Shown piece by piece: positions 36,330 to 46,197 of a stretch of DNA of 60,364 nt. The notes under the pieces are model-generated. The model was given only the letters and a program-made list of their open reading frames with translations, made no database searches and was not told the origin of the DNA. Source of the stretch: a virus (Duplodnaviria; Caudoviricetes); the IMG/VR virus record IMGVR_UViG_3300043468_000417, positions 1-60,364 of that record; one strand, given 5' to 3'. A program made the position numbers and the translations under genes. How positions within the stretch are numbered: position 1 is the stretch's first letter; the number at the start of each line of letters is the position of its first letter.

Positions 36330-37101
36330 CGGAATGTTGGTTCAAGCAGCAAGCGGACTCGAAAGAATGATGTACGCAAATCAAAGCGGACCCTTAAAAG
36401 ATAGCACAGTAGCTCAGGTATCGGCATATGTGTATTATGAAGCAGCAGTATTGTCCAAGCTTACAACGAATGCTCAATTCAAGGCATTGTTTACAAAAAC
36501 AATATTTGATCAGATAAACTTAGACTTTGGAAATTATATAGATGCCTTGGCAAGGTCAAAACCTAAATCCTTGCATCATGTTTATGAATGGAAAAAAACT
36601 GGAAATAAGACCGCAAGACTTTTTAAATTAAATAAAATATCAGAAGACGGATTATCATTTAGACTAAACTACGAGTTTTTGCCATCAAGATCTATGGTTC
36701 CTGGTGCGAGTGGAAAACGTAGACATATGTTTGCAAACAAGGCTTCAGTTATGGAAGCAGGAAAACCTTTGGTTATTAGACCTAAAAATGCAGAGCGTTT
36801 AGTCTTTGAAATAGATGGAGAAACAGTGTTTATGCCTAAAGGCAAATCTGTAACAGTTAGACGACCTGGCGGGTCTGGCTCAACTAATCAATTTACTTTG
36901 GCTCACTCAAGATTTTTTAGCGGTAACTTAGTTAATGCTTCAATTAAAAACTCTGGGTTTCAAAGAATATTTAATTCGAGCATGAGCAAGGCGCTTAGAG
37001 TTCCTTCTAATATTAAAAAAGTTCAGTATTCTTTTTCACCAAATTTAATTAGATCTCAAGCAGATGCCGCATTGGCGGCTTCATTTGGAGGTGCAATGTG
37101 A
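36319..37101 (+). CDS. Neck/tail completion protein (TTG start)
   Basis: Synteny; basic 260-aa ORF. Confidence 0.5.
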   Translation: MDNSGMLVQAASGLERMMYANQSGPLKDSTVAQVSAYVYYEAAVLSKLTTNAQFKALFTKTIFDQINLDFGNYIDALARSKPKSLHHVYEWKKTGNKTARLFKLNKISEDGLSFRLNYEFLPSRSMVPGASGKRRHMFANKASVMEAGKPLVIRPKNAERLVFEIDGETVFMPKGKSVTVRRPGGSGSTNQFTLAHSRFFSGNLVNASIKNSGFQRIFNSSMSKALRVPSNIKKVQYSFSPNLIRSQADAALAASFGGAM

Positions 37102-37610
37102 CGGCTAACTATAAGCTAGATGCAATGCTAGAACTTCGTAAGTATCTATGGAAAGAACTTTATACTCGTAATATATTTGACGAAGAGGACTATTGGTCAG
37201 ATAATCTAAATGAGAATATTGTCCCAATTATCCCAGTTCAACAAGCAGCTGAAATGAATCAGTTCTTGAGCGGCAAAAAGCATATAGTCTACGACAAGAT
37301 AGGTATGTCCTACGAGGACAACTGGCTAATTTGCTGTGAGCAGATACTATTCACCATATACTCAACGTCTGTATCAGATATAAACGAGATTCGAAACTAT
37401 ATGACAGATGAATTTAGGAGAATGGACGAGTCTGCTAGAGATATAAATAAATGGACAGACCTATCAAATAAATTTAAATTTCATACTATTTGGGTAGCAG
37501 ATATCTCCCCAACGGCCCCTTCAGAAGAACTTCAAGGATTCTTTTCAGCAGAGGTCATATTAGAGGTCAAGTATTCAAGGATCACAGATTCGGTGGGTAG
37601 GTTCCTTTAG
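37098..37610 (+). CDS. Tail terminator-like protein
   Basis: Synteny immediately before the tail tube gene. Confidence 0.55.
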   Translation: MTANYKLDAMLELRKYLWKELYTRNIFDEEDYWSDNLNENIVPIIPVQQAAEMNQFLSGKKHIVYDKIGMSYEDNWLICCEQILFTIYSTSVSDINEIRNYMTDEFRRMDESARDINKWTDLSNKFKFHTIWVADISPTAPSEELQGFFSAEVILEVKYSRITDSVGRFL

Positions 37611-37613
37611 GGT

Positions 37614-37642
37614 TTGCCTTTTTACCCGTTATGGAATAAACT
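37614..37642 (+). promoter_or_regulatory. Promoter for tail tube gene
   Basis: TTGCCT-N17-TAAACT. Confidence 0.55.
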
Positions 37643-37728
37643 TATCCTAAGAGGAAAGAAGCCTAGCCAGCTTTAATTTAAGATTTTAACATATATATAT
37701 ATATTGAAATATAGGAGGTAAGAAAACT

Positions 37729-38451
37729 ATGGCACAATCCGTAGGTAATGCTAAAAATATTCTCGTAGGTGCATCTCCGTTGTTCTTGTCAAATATTGAC
37801 ATTAACGACTCAGATTACCAAGCGAACGCAGAAGCAGGAGTTAAATTCCCAGCTTCAGCATCTGGATCATCAATCAGAGTTCCAGCATTTTCATCTGGAG
37901 AATCATACACAACAACACTAAACGCTGTTGATCAGACTGCAGGAACTTTTGGATACCGTAACGTTGGTTTTACTAACAATGGTCTTCAAATTACATACAA
38001 CCCAACATACGATTCAGTAACTGTAGATCAGTTGCTTGATACAGCTAAGTTGTTCAAGTCTGCGATGGAAGTTATGATCGCAACAGAAATGTCAGAAGGT
38101 ACTCTTGAGAACATTGCAACAGTATTTGGACAGGCAGCATCAACTCTAGCAGACAATGGTCTGACTGGAGCAGCAAACGTTAAGACACTCGGTCTTGAGG
38201 CAGGTGCACTTGGTGCAGCCCCAACAGAGCGTCAGCTAATTGCAGTTGGTCAAGCTCCAACAGCTTCATCAACATCATCTGAGCGTGTATATTATGCACG
38301 TCGTGTATTGTCAGTACAACAGTCACAATTCTCACTTGCTCGTACAACCCCAACCACATTCCCAGTAACATTCCGTCTTCTACCAGATGCTGCTTATGCA
38401 GGATCTGAATACGGTAAGATTATTGACCGTGTCTTGGTAGCATCAGCATAA
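37729..38451 (+). CDS. Major tail (tube) protein
   Basis: NILVGA, VGFTNNGLQITYNP, VDQLLD, FPVTFRLLP; GGAGGT RBS. Confidence 0.85.
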   Translation: MAQSVGNAKNILVGASPLFLSNIDINDSDYQANAEAGVKFPASASGSSIRVPAFSSGESYTTTLNAVDQTAGTFGYRNVGFTNNGLQITYNPTYDSVTVDQLLDTAKLFKSAMEVMIATEMSEGTLENIATVFGQAASTLADNGLTGAANVKTLGLEAGALGAAPTERQLIAVGQAPTASSTSSERVYYARRVLSVQQSQFSLARTTPTTFPVTFRLLPDAAYAGSEYGKIIDRVLVASA

Positions 38452-38475
38452 TAGATTTAATTTATTAGCTAGTCT

Positions 38476-38509
38476 GTAAAACCCCCAATTTATTGGGGGT
38501 TTTACGTTT
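38476..38509 (+). terminator. Intrinsic terminator
   Basis: GTAAAACCCCCAAT/ATTGGGGGTTTTAC inverted repeat. Confidence 0.85.
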
Positions 38510-38536
38510 GTATTAGTATATTCTTTTTAGTATAAT
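38508..38536 (+). promoter_or_regulatory. Promoter for chaperone/TMP operon
   Basis: TTGTAT-N17-TATAAT. Confidence 0.65.
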
Positions 38537-38566
38537 GATTATGAATAGATCCTAGGAGGACCTAAA

Positions 38567-38899
38567 TTGGCAACAACAGTATATGACGTAGAAGAGGTAC
38601 AGCTACAAAACGGACAGACCGTAAAGCTTAAGCCACTTTCAATTAAAGAACTTCGTAAGTTCATGATCGCAATTAAAAAGACTAGTGAGTCTCAGACAGA
38701 AGACGAAACTCTAAACATCCTAATTGATGCTTGTGCAATTGCACTAGAAAAACAGTTACCAGATTTGGTAGCAGACAGAGAAGCATTTGAAGATGCAATC
38801 GATGTTCCAACAATGAATCGCATTCTTGAAGTTTGCGGAGGAATTAAACTTGACGACCCAAACCTTCTAGCGGCAGCGGTTCTGGCTGGTCAGAACTAG
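38567..38899 (+). CDS. Tail assembly chaperone (G-like, TTG start)
   Basis: Between tail tube and TMP; AGGAGG RBS. Confidence 0.8.
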   Translation: MATTVYDVEEVQLQNGQTVKLKPLSIKELRKFMIAIKKTSESQTEDETLNILIDACAIALEKQLPDLVADREAFEDAIDVPTMNRILEVCGGIKLDDPNLLAAAVLAGQN

Positions 38900-39231
38900 A
38901 TTTAGCCGCATTAGAAGGAGAGCTTTTTCTTTTAGGACATTGGAGAAATTACGATGAACTTGAAGAAAATCTATCAATGCCAGAACTTATAGCTACTCTT
39001 AAAGCTTTAAAGAAAAGGGAACACGGAGAAAGAAAGTTCCTAGCATCTTTAAAGGGAGTAGATTTAGGTGAGTATGAAGATGATAGCAAGGAAGGTTCTA
39101 GTTTTGAAGAAATAGAATTGAGAGCGGCAGGAATACATGCTAATCCCAATGACGTTGTTTCACTACAAGGAAGATTCGCAGCACAAGCTGGTTTTGGAAT
39201 TGGCGAAGGACTAGGATACACTAAGGAGTAG
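38857..39231 (+). CDS. Tail assembly chaperone T-frame, reached by -1 frameshift
   Basis: Slippery C CCA AAC at 38857-38863; -1 frame open from 38854 through the 38977 ORF. Confidence 0.8.
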   Translation, partial: PKPSSGSGSGWSELDLAALEGELFLLGHWRNYDELEENLSMPELIATLKALKKREHGERKFLASLKGVDLGEYEDDSKEGSSFEEIELRAAGIHANPNDVVSLQGRFAAQAGFGIGEGLGYTKE

Positions 39232-39241
39232 AATATAGTAA

Positions 39242-42200
39242 ATGGCTGAAGAAACAATCAGTACACGAATAGTCGCTAATGCCGACTTCTCAGCCCTTAT
39301 TGCCGATGTGCATAGGGTTACTTCTAGCCTATCTAAATTACAAGAGCAGTTAGCCAACTCAAACAAGATGTTGGCAAATCAAATTGCTGTAATGAATCGT
39401 TCATTTTCAGACACACTAAGAAGCACAGGACAATACTCCACACACTTTGTAAGTCTACAATCAGATGTTGAAAAATTTGGTAAAAACCTTGATGGTGGCA
39501 AACTTAAATTAAATCAATATTTTAATACCTTTAGACAGCATGCACAGCAATCTGGTGGACTTATAAGGGATTTAGCAAAGCAACAAGTAGCCCTACAAAA
39601 CTCAATATTACAACCGCTAGGCAGAAACGCACAAGGACTTATGCAGTTCAACGTGCACGTTCCACGAGGGCTTGATGAAATAAAAAATAAAACCGCCATA
39701 GCAAGACAAGAACTACAGATCATGAATAAGGTAATCCAGGATGGCGCTGGACAACTTATTAACTGGGGTAAAAATACTCAGTGGGCAGGCCGTCAGTTAA
39801 CAGTTGGTTTGACAGTCCCTCTGGTAGCATTTGGAGCACAGGCTGCTAAAGCATTTAGAGAAGCAGATCAAGAATTAGTTCGTTTAACTAAGGTATACGG
39901 AGATGTTGCAGGAACTTCAGCAGCAGAACTGGGCAGAGTTAGAGACGATGTATCAAAAACAGCAAAAGAAATATCTTCAGCTATGGGTGTTTCGTTTAAA
40001 GAAACAATTGGTCTTGCAGCGGATATTGCAGCAACTGGTAAAACTGGAGATGAGTTACTAGGATCAATTAAAGAAACTACCAGACTTGCAGTGCTTGGTG
40101 AAGTAGATAGACAAGAAGCCATGAAGGCAACACTTGCAATTCAGTCAGCATTTAAGCAAAACACAGATGAACTTTCACAATCAATTAACTTCCTTAACGC
40201 AGTTGAAAACCAAACATCTACAACTCTTAACGACTTAGTAGAAGCAATTCCAAAAGCTGGTCCAGTAATCCAAGGTCTGGGTGGAAGCGTACAAGACCTT
40301 GCACTATATCTAACTGCCATGCGTGAAGGTGGTATTAACGCATCAGAAGGTGCCAACGCATTAAAGTCAGCATTAGCTTCTTTGATTAACCCAACAGATG
40401 TTGCGGTAGGAAAATTTCAAACTTTAGGAATAGATTTACTTTCAATAGTAAACGATAATGCTGGAAATTTAACTGGCACATTAATGGAATTGCAAGGCGC
40501 ACTAGATAGATTAAATCCACTACAAAAGCAACAGGCCATAGAGCAGTTATTTGGCAAGTTCCAGTTTTCAAGACTGAACGCCTTGTTTGAAAACTTAGGA
40601 AGAGAAGGAAGTCAGACTTTACAGGTATTAGATCTTATGAAAGCATCTACTGGAGAACTAGCTTCTGTAGCAGATCGAGAATTAGCAGCCGTAACCGAAT
40701 CTGCATCTGGTAAGTATCGCAGAGCAATTGAAAGTTTAAGAGCCTCGCTTGCTGAAGTTGGAGAACAGTTCTTACAGATCAATACAGTTTTAATTAAAGT
40801 AATTGATAAAGTTGTTCAGTTTGCTAATAATTTACCAGGACCAGTAAAGCAAGTCTTAGCATTAGCAGGCGGATTTACTGCAGTTATTGGACCAGTAATT
40901 ATGTTAACTGGTGTGCTTGCCAACTTCTTTGGATATATTCTAAAAGGAATTTTCCATATGAAGGCGTTTTTTAAAGGCGGAGAAGGCTGGAAGTATTTAA
41001 CACCAGAGATGCTTGCTGCAGAAAAAGCAGGAAGATTAGTTGAACAATCATTTTATAGCGATGCAAAAGCAGCAGCGGTATTAAAACAAGCACTAGGTAA
41101 TTTAATTGATGAATTTTCAATACTAGAAGCAAAAGCAAAAGCTGGAGCAATGAGTGTCAACCCAGCAGTATCAACAATGGCTGGCAATCTTGTCATGGCG
41201 GCTGGAGGTTCAAGAGTAGTAGATCCAAACCACCCATTGGCAGGAACAATGGGAACTAGAGCAAGTTCACACATGGTTCCAAGATCTGGAATGACTGATC
41301 AACAAAGAATGCAACAAACTATGTTTGGCATGGTTCCAGGGTCAATTCCTGTAAATCAAAAAATTGGTCAAAATCCACAAATTTATATGAATGAGCAGTT
41401 GCCAAATGTTCCTGGACTTACAACAGTAGGCGGAGTATCAACGGGTATTGTTTCTGGAGAAGCAGCTAGATGGCATGCAATGATGGCCACTTTAGGAATG
41501 CAATCAAAGGCAGAAATTGAAAATCTAAAAAGAACAATTGCAGCAACTGGAACTGTAAGTAAAGAATTTATGATGCAGTTTGATGATATTCTTCCAGCAG
41601 TTAATGTTTTAACAAATAATGCCGCAAAAGAATCTGCCCTTATTGTTGCAGAACTTCGTGCAGGCAAGATGAATTTAGACGCTGCAAGAGCAAAAATTGT
41701 TGCATTAAACTTAGAAACAGAAAGATTAATAGCTGCTACAGTTCAAGCACAGGCGACTGCTATGGGCAGAACAATTAATCCAACAATGGTTCCTACTTTA
41801 AACCAGCCAGTAGTTGACCCAACTGGTAAGTCTAATATGAGAGAGTTATTTAAAAAGGGCAAGACAAGAGACTTTATTAATAAGATTGCTGGAACACTTG
41901 GGGTAAGAACCTCTGGTGCTGGCTACAATGTTGAAACAACAATACCAAAAAAGTTTGCTATGGGTGGAGTCGTATATAGACAAAATGGTAGCGATGGCCC
42001 AGAGTTTGCGCCAATGGGTACAGATACTGTACCAGCAATGCTTACTCCTGGAGAGTATGTTATTAATGCTAAAGCAGCTAAAAACTTTGGAGGACTTCTA
42101 GAAGCAATAAATAATGGAGCGTCTCCAGATGCCGTTGTAGAAGATATTGTTTCTAAATATCCAAAACCAGTAGATCGTTCACAATTTGAAGGTGCTCATG

Positions 42201-45200
42201 CAAGCGGATTTGATTTTGAAGGAAACAAATTGCCTTCTCAAACAGGATCTCAGGTTGGCTCATCAGGAGTTTCTTTAGACCCTAGAACTAGAGCTTTAAC
42301 ACAAGCATTTCCTAATGACGCTATATTCCAAACTAAAGATAAAAACATTTTAAGAATTAGTAAGATAATTAATCAGTTAATGAAAGAAGGTCAAAAGGGA
42401 TCTACTAAGGGGGCCCTTCTTCAGGCATTAAGACAAGCAATGAGAACTGGAGTTCTTTTTGAAGATTTGCCAGTAACAAATAATCAAGTAAGACGGTCAT
42501 TGTATAAAGCAATGCTGTCTACTATAAAACAACTTCCTTCTGGAAATAGAATAGACGATGCAGTTTTTGCAAATGTTTATAGATCTGCAATTGAAAGAGT
42601 TTCTGGTACTTTAAGTCCAGCAGATGGGATTTTGCTAAGAAAATCTATTGGTATTGCAAGCCTGCCACAAGATATAAGAATTGATTCAAGAGCATTTAGA
42701 GCAATGGCTCCAGAAAACCTTCCAGTAATGACAATAGATGAGGCACGAGCAGCTACTGAAGTTGGCGGTAAGACTTGGTACAACACGGGAAAAACAAAAA
42801 GCGGTAAGACTGGTAAAACAGCAGTACATATTAGACCAAGCGAGAATTTCTCTATGAGCGCTAGAAGCGGAGATACATTTTTACAAAAGCCAAGAGACAC
42901 TAAATCAATGATGATGGGTGCTGCAAATAAAATTAATTCAGCCCTTAGATTTGTTCAAAGAGGAAGAAAAGTAATTGGTCCTGATCAAAGATCAATAGAT
43001 CTTACTAATAAATGGCGTAGGGGATACTCGGATGGCGGAATGGTATACATGGCTAACGGAGGCATGGTTCCAAAGGTTCAGTACTTCCAAGATGGAAGCG
43101 ATGGTGCAGTAAAGCCATCTATGATGGGCAGCGGAATGGCCGCCTCATTTGGCGGTATGGGTTTAATGGCTGCAGGATCAATGGTTGGCGGCGGAGCTGG
43201 ACAAGTAATGAGCAGTGCTGGTATGGCAATGTCATTTATGCCAATGCTTCAAATGATTCCTAAAGTTAATGTTCAATTAAGCACAATGCAGAAAAAGTTA
43301 ATAGAGCCAATTGGTCCATTAAATAGATTAAATGCTGGATTCCTTGGCAAAGCAAAAAGCCTTACAGGACTCTCAAAGGCATTTGGTCCAGTATTAAGAG
43401 GACTCTCTTTATTAACTCGTGCATTTAGCCCAATAGGTATTGCTCTAACAGCAACCATATTTGGAGTAAAAAAATTAATTGAAATTTATAAAGATCAGCA
43501 AGAAGCTCAAAGAGTAAATAGATTAGAATTTGGAATGTCCGCAGAGACTATTAAAAAGGCTGGATACTCTATGACAGACTATGGGGCTAACATAAAAAAG
43601 GCAATAGAAGATGCAAAGGCCCTACAAGAAAGAAATAAAATGCTTTACGAAAGCATGTTCCAGGCCAACATTCCTATTAAAATGACAATTGCTGAATATA
43701 AAAAGCTTCGTGAAGAAACAAAAAAGAAGATGCCAGACCTTATTGAATTATTTAATCAAAAGGGCAACTCCGATGTTGCAACTGTTGCTGCAAGACTCAA
43801 AGCGCAATTTATGTCCCTAGGAGACAATGTTGAGACAGCAACAGCCAAGGTTTATGCACTTATGGCTCAATCAAATAAAGCACAGCTAGCAGCTGGAGCA
43901 ATTGGTACAAAGGGATTTGCATCAATAAAAACAGCAGTTGATGCAGCAGTAGCTTCAGCAGGAAGCTTTGATGACGCAATGGCAAAGGGTGACGCTAAGG
44001 CAGCTGCAGACTCACTTATGGTTACCTTTGAAGGAATTGGTAATGCAATAAAGGATAATGCAAAAACAAACAAGTTAGAATTTGGCGATTCAATGGATCA
44101 AATATTAAAGAAGATGGCTACAACTGGTAAAGGCCAAGTAGCAATAAATCAATCTGTTTTGTCCGAATTGAAAAAGCAAAACCCAGAGCTTGCTAAGATA
44201 TTAAATTCTACTGATACCGCCACATCTGCTTGGGCTAAGTACCAACTTGCTTTACAAGGAGTAAATTTAGATTTACAAACTCTTTCTGGAGAAGCTGCAA
44301 CCGCTGCGTTAAAGTTACAATCTTTGGTTGTTGCTAATACTACAACTACTCTTAAAAATACTGCTGGCATTAAAGAGCAGTATACAAAATATGAAGGACT
44401 ACAAAAGAGAATTAAAGATCTTCAAAAAGCTTCTCAAGGTCAATCTGCTAAGCAGCAAATTGATAGCCGAAAAGTAATAGAAGGCCTTAATGAGCAGATT
44501 AAAAAAATTAAGGATGCTGCTGATGCTAAGATTAAAGCACTTCGTGCTCAAAGCCAAGCAGAAAACGACAACTTAGAATTACAAAAATTACAATTAGAGT
44601 ATCAAGAAGCAATTGCTCGTGGAGATCAAGATGCTGCAGCTAGATCTCAAATTGCTATTCAGCAACTTACAAATCAAGTTCAATCTAAAAAAGCAGAAGA
44701 CTCAATTATTGCTAAGGCGGAATTGGAAATTAAGCCTCTGCAGGATCAAATTGATAAACTAGGCAAAAAGAATCAAGAGCTGGCAGACAAAGCGGCCCTT
44801 GCAGGAGAAAGTTTATCTAAGCTACAGGGACAAGCATCGACATTAAAAGAAAAATTAGATGGTTTAGAAAAATCAGTAAGTGCAGCAGCATTTAATAAAC
44901 TACTCTATAAAGCTCTTGGATTAGAGTATACAGGTAGTTCTCAGGAAAAAACAGATCTTGCAGGAGTAGAATCTTTTAACACTGAACTTGGCGGTCCAAA
45001 GTCTGTTGATAAGGTTATTCCAAAAGGCGCAAAAGCAAGACACAGAATTCCAGAAACATTTTCTGATGTTAAGGGTGGCGCAAAAGATTTAGTAGATTCA
45101 ATTTCAAGCGGATTACAAAATGGTGTAAACGCTAAAGAAGTTAATATCTATACGGATAAACTGGCTGGATCTGGTGGTACATCACTGGGCGGAAGAACAA

Positions 45201-45724
45201 AAGAAGCTCCACTTATGGTTGCTACAAATTCAGCATACTCACTTAAGTCAGACGGAGAACTTTCTGATACTGCTGAAAAACAGATCATTAGTCAAAATAA
45301 ATTAGAAAAGGGACAGTTCTTTAAGTATAATGGGATTACCTATGAAGTTTTAAAAACTGGATGGGGATTTGGAGATAGGGCAAAGCCAGTGGGTAGATCG
45401 CTTGGCGGACCAGTTACCCCTGGACGAAAGTATTTAGTAAATGATAGAATAAATGCATTAGGTAAGCAGCAAGAAGTCTTTATGCCTACCATGCCAGGAA
45501 TGATCAAGCCTAATATTGATACAGCATTTAATATTCCATCGCAACAAAATGTTAAGATGCCAGGTATTTCAAATAGCCCAAATAGCAACAACACATACAA
45601 TATTGATATTGAGCTAAATGGTACAAATATTACAGTGGACGACGTTATGAAGTCCATGGAAGCAAAAATGAAATTAGTTGGTGCTACACTAGGTAGACCA
45701 GTAAACGTAGGAGGTAAGTACTAA
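39242..45724 (+). CDS. Tape measure protein
   Basis: 2160 aa, helical Ala-rich, TP901-like core, GTDTVPAMLTPGE motif. Confidence 0.93.
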   Translation: MAEETISTRIVANADFSALIADVHRVTSSLSKLQEQLANSNKMLANQIAVMNRSFSDTLRSTGQYSTHFVSLQSDVEKFGKNLDGGKLKLNQYFNTFRQHAQQSGGLIRDLAKQQVALQNSILQPLGRNAQGLMQFNVHVPRGLDEIKNKTAIARQELQIMNKVIQDGAGQLINWGKNTQWAGRQLTVGLTVPLVAFGAQAAKAFREADQELVRLTKVYGDVAGTSAAELGRVRDDVSKTAKEISSAMGVSFKETIGLAADIAATGKTGDELLGSIKETTRLAVLGEVDRQEAMKATLAIQSAFKQNTDELSQSINFLNAVENQTSTTLNDLVEAIPKAGPVIQGLGGSVQDLALYLTAMREGGINASEGANALKSALASLINPTDVAVGKFQTLGIDLLSIVNDNAGNLTGTLMELQGALDRLNPLQKQQAIEQLFGKFQFSRLNALFENLGREGSQTLQVLDLMKASTGELASVADRELAAVTESASGKYRRAIESLRASLAEVGEQFLQINTVLIKVIDKVVQFANNLPGPVKQVLALAGGFTAVIGPVIMLTGVLANFFGYILKGIFHMKAFFKGGEGWKYLTPEMLAAEKAGRLVEQSFYSDAKAAAVLKQALGNLIDEFSILEAKAKAGAMSVNPAVSTMAGNLVMAAGGSRVVDPNHPLAGTMGTRASSHMVPRSGMTDQQRMQQTMFGMVPGSIPVNQKIGQNPQIYMNEQLPNVPGLTTVGGVSTGIVSGEAARWHAMMATLGMQSKAEIENLKRTIAATGTVSKEFMMQFDDILPAVNVLTNNAAKESALIVAELRAGKMNLDAARAKIVALNLETERLIAATVQAQATAMGRTINPTMVPTLNQPVVDPTGKSNMRELFKKGKTRDFINKIAGTLGVRTSGAGYNVETTIPKKFAMGGVVYRQNGSDGPEFAPMGTDTVPAMLTPGEYVINAKAAKNFGGLLEAINNGASPDAVVEDIVSKYPKPVDRSQFEGAHASGFDFEGNKLPSQTGSQVGSSGVSLDPRTRALTQAFPNDAIFQTKDKNILRISKIINQLMKEGQKGSTKGALLQALRQAMRTGVLFEDLPVTNNQVRRSLYKAMLSTIKQLPSGNRIDDAVFANVYRSAIERVSGTLSPADGILLRKSIGIASLPQDIRIDSRAFRAMAPENLPVMTIDEARAATEVGGKTWYNTGKTKSGKTGKTAVHIRPSENFSMSARSGDTFLQKPRDTKSMMMGAANKINSALRFVQRGRKVIGPDQRSIDLTNKWRRGYSDGGMVYMANGGMVPKVQYFQDGSDGAVKPSMMGSGMAASFGGMGLMAAGSMVGGGAGQVMSSAGMAMSFMPMLQMIPKVNVQLSTMQKKLIEPIGPLNRLNAGFLGKAKSLTGLSKAFGPVLRGLSLLTRAFSPIGIALTATIFGVKKLIEIYKDQQEAQRVNRLEFGMSAETIKKAGYSMTDYGANIKKAIEDAKALQERNKMLYESMFQANIPIKMTIAEYKKLREETKKKMPDLIELFNQKGNSDVATVAARLKAQFMSLGDNVETATAKVYALMAQSNKAQLAAGAIGTKGFASIKTAVDAAVASAGSFDDAMAKGDAKAAADSLMVTFEGIGNAIKDNAKTNKLEFGDSMDQILKKMATTGKGQVAINQSVLSELKKQNPELAKILNSTDTATSAWAKYQLALQGVNLDLQTLSGEAATAALKLQSLVVANTTTTLKNTAGIKEQYTKYEGLQKRIKDLQKASQGQSAKQQIDSRKVIEGLNEQIKKIKDAADAKIKALRAQSQAENDNLELQKLQLEYQEAIARGDQDAAARSQIAIQQLTNQVQSKKAEDSIIAKAELEIKPLQDQIDKLGKKNQELADKAALAGESLSKLQGQASTLKEKLDGLEKSVSAAAFNKLLYKALGLEYTGSSQEKTDLAGVESFNTELGGPKSVDKVIPKGAKARHRIPETFSDVKGGAKDLVDSISSGLQNGVNAKEVNIYTDKLAGSGGTSLGGRTKEAPLMVATNSAYSLKSDGELSDTAEKQIISQNKLEKGQFFKYNGITYEVLKTGWGFGDRAKPVGRSLGGPVTPGRKYLVNDRINALGKQQEVFMPTMPGMIKPNIDTAFNIPSQQNVKMPGISNSPNSNNTYNIDIELNGTNITVDDVMKSMEAKMKLVGATLGRPVNVGGKY

Positions 45725-46197
45725 TGCCAGCTTTATCTTTACCTAGAGGCTCCGTACTTTGGATAGAAGCCAAGGACCTCCTTGCTACAACACCTGGAAC
45801 TACTAAAACCTGGAACAAGGTTAGCGAACACAATAGAAGCCCATTAGAAATAAACGTTGAAAGAATTGAAGCCATAACCAGAACATCTAACGGAAGTCTT
45901 AGAAAAAATCATATTGCTGATAAAAGGAGTTTTTCTGTGTCATGGGAAATGCTTCCTTCATATAGAGATCTTACAGTAGATGGCGGTTGGGGGGCAGAAG
46001 ATTTAAGACAATTCTACCTTAGTGATGATGGAAAGAAGACATTTAATATTAGAATTAATTTAGCAAAGACTGGGTCAGATCAATCTTCTTCAGGATATGA
46101 GTCTTATACAGTTTCATTTAGTAATTGCAGCTTTAGTGTATTAAAAAGAGGAATACAACCACACTGGAGTGTTTCTTTGACAATGGATGAGGTCTAA
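45724..46197 (+). CDS. Distal tail (Dit-like) protein
   Basis: Follows TMP; RTSNGSLRK, FSVSWEMLP. Confidence 0.65.
   Translation: MPALSLPRGSVLWIEAKDLLATTPGTTKTWNKVSEHNRSPLEINVERIEAITRTSNGSLRKNHIADKRSFSVSWEMLPSYRDLTVDGGWGAEDLRQFYLSDDGKKTFNIRINLAKTGSDQSSSGYESYTVSFSNCSFSVLKRGIQPHWSVSLTMDEV

Noticed and set aside
38541-38555. Minigene ATG AAT AGA TCC TAG
   Set aside because: ATG only 4 nt after the -10, probably upstream of or at the TSS; may be chance
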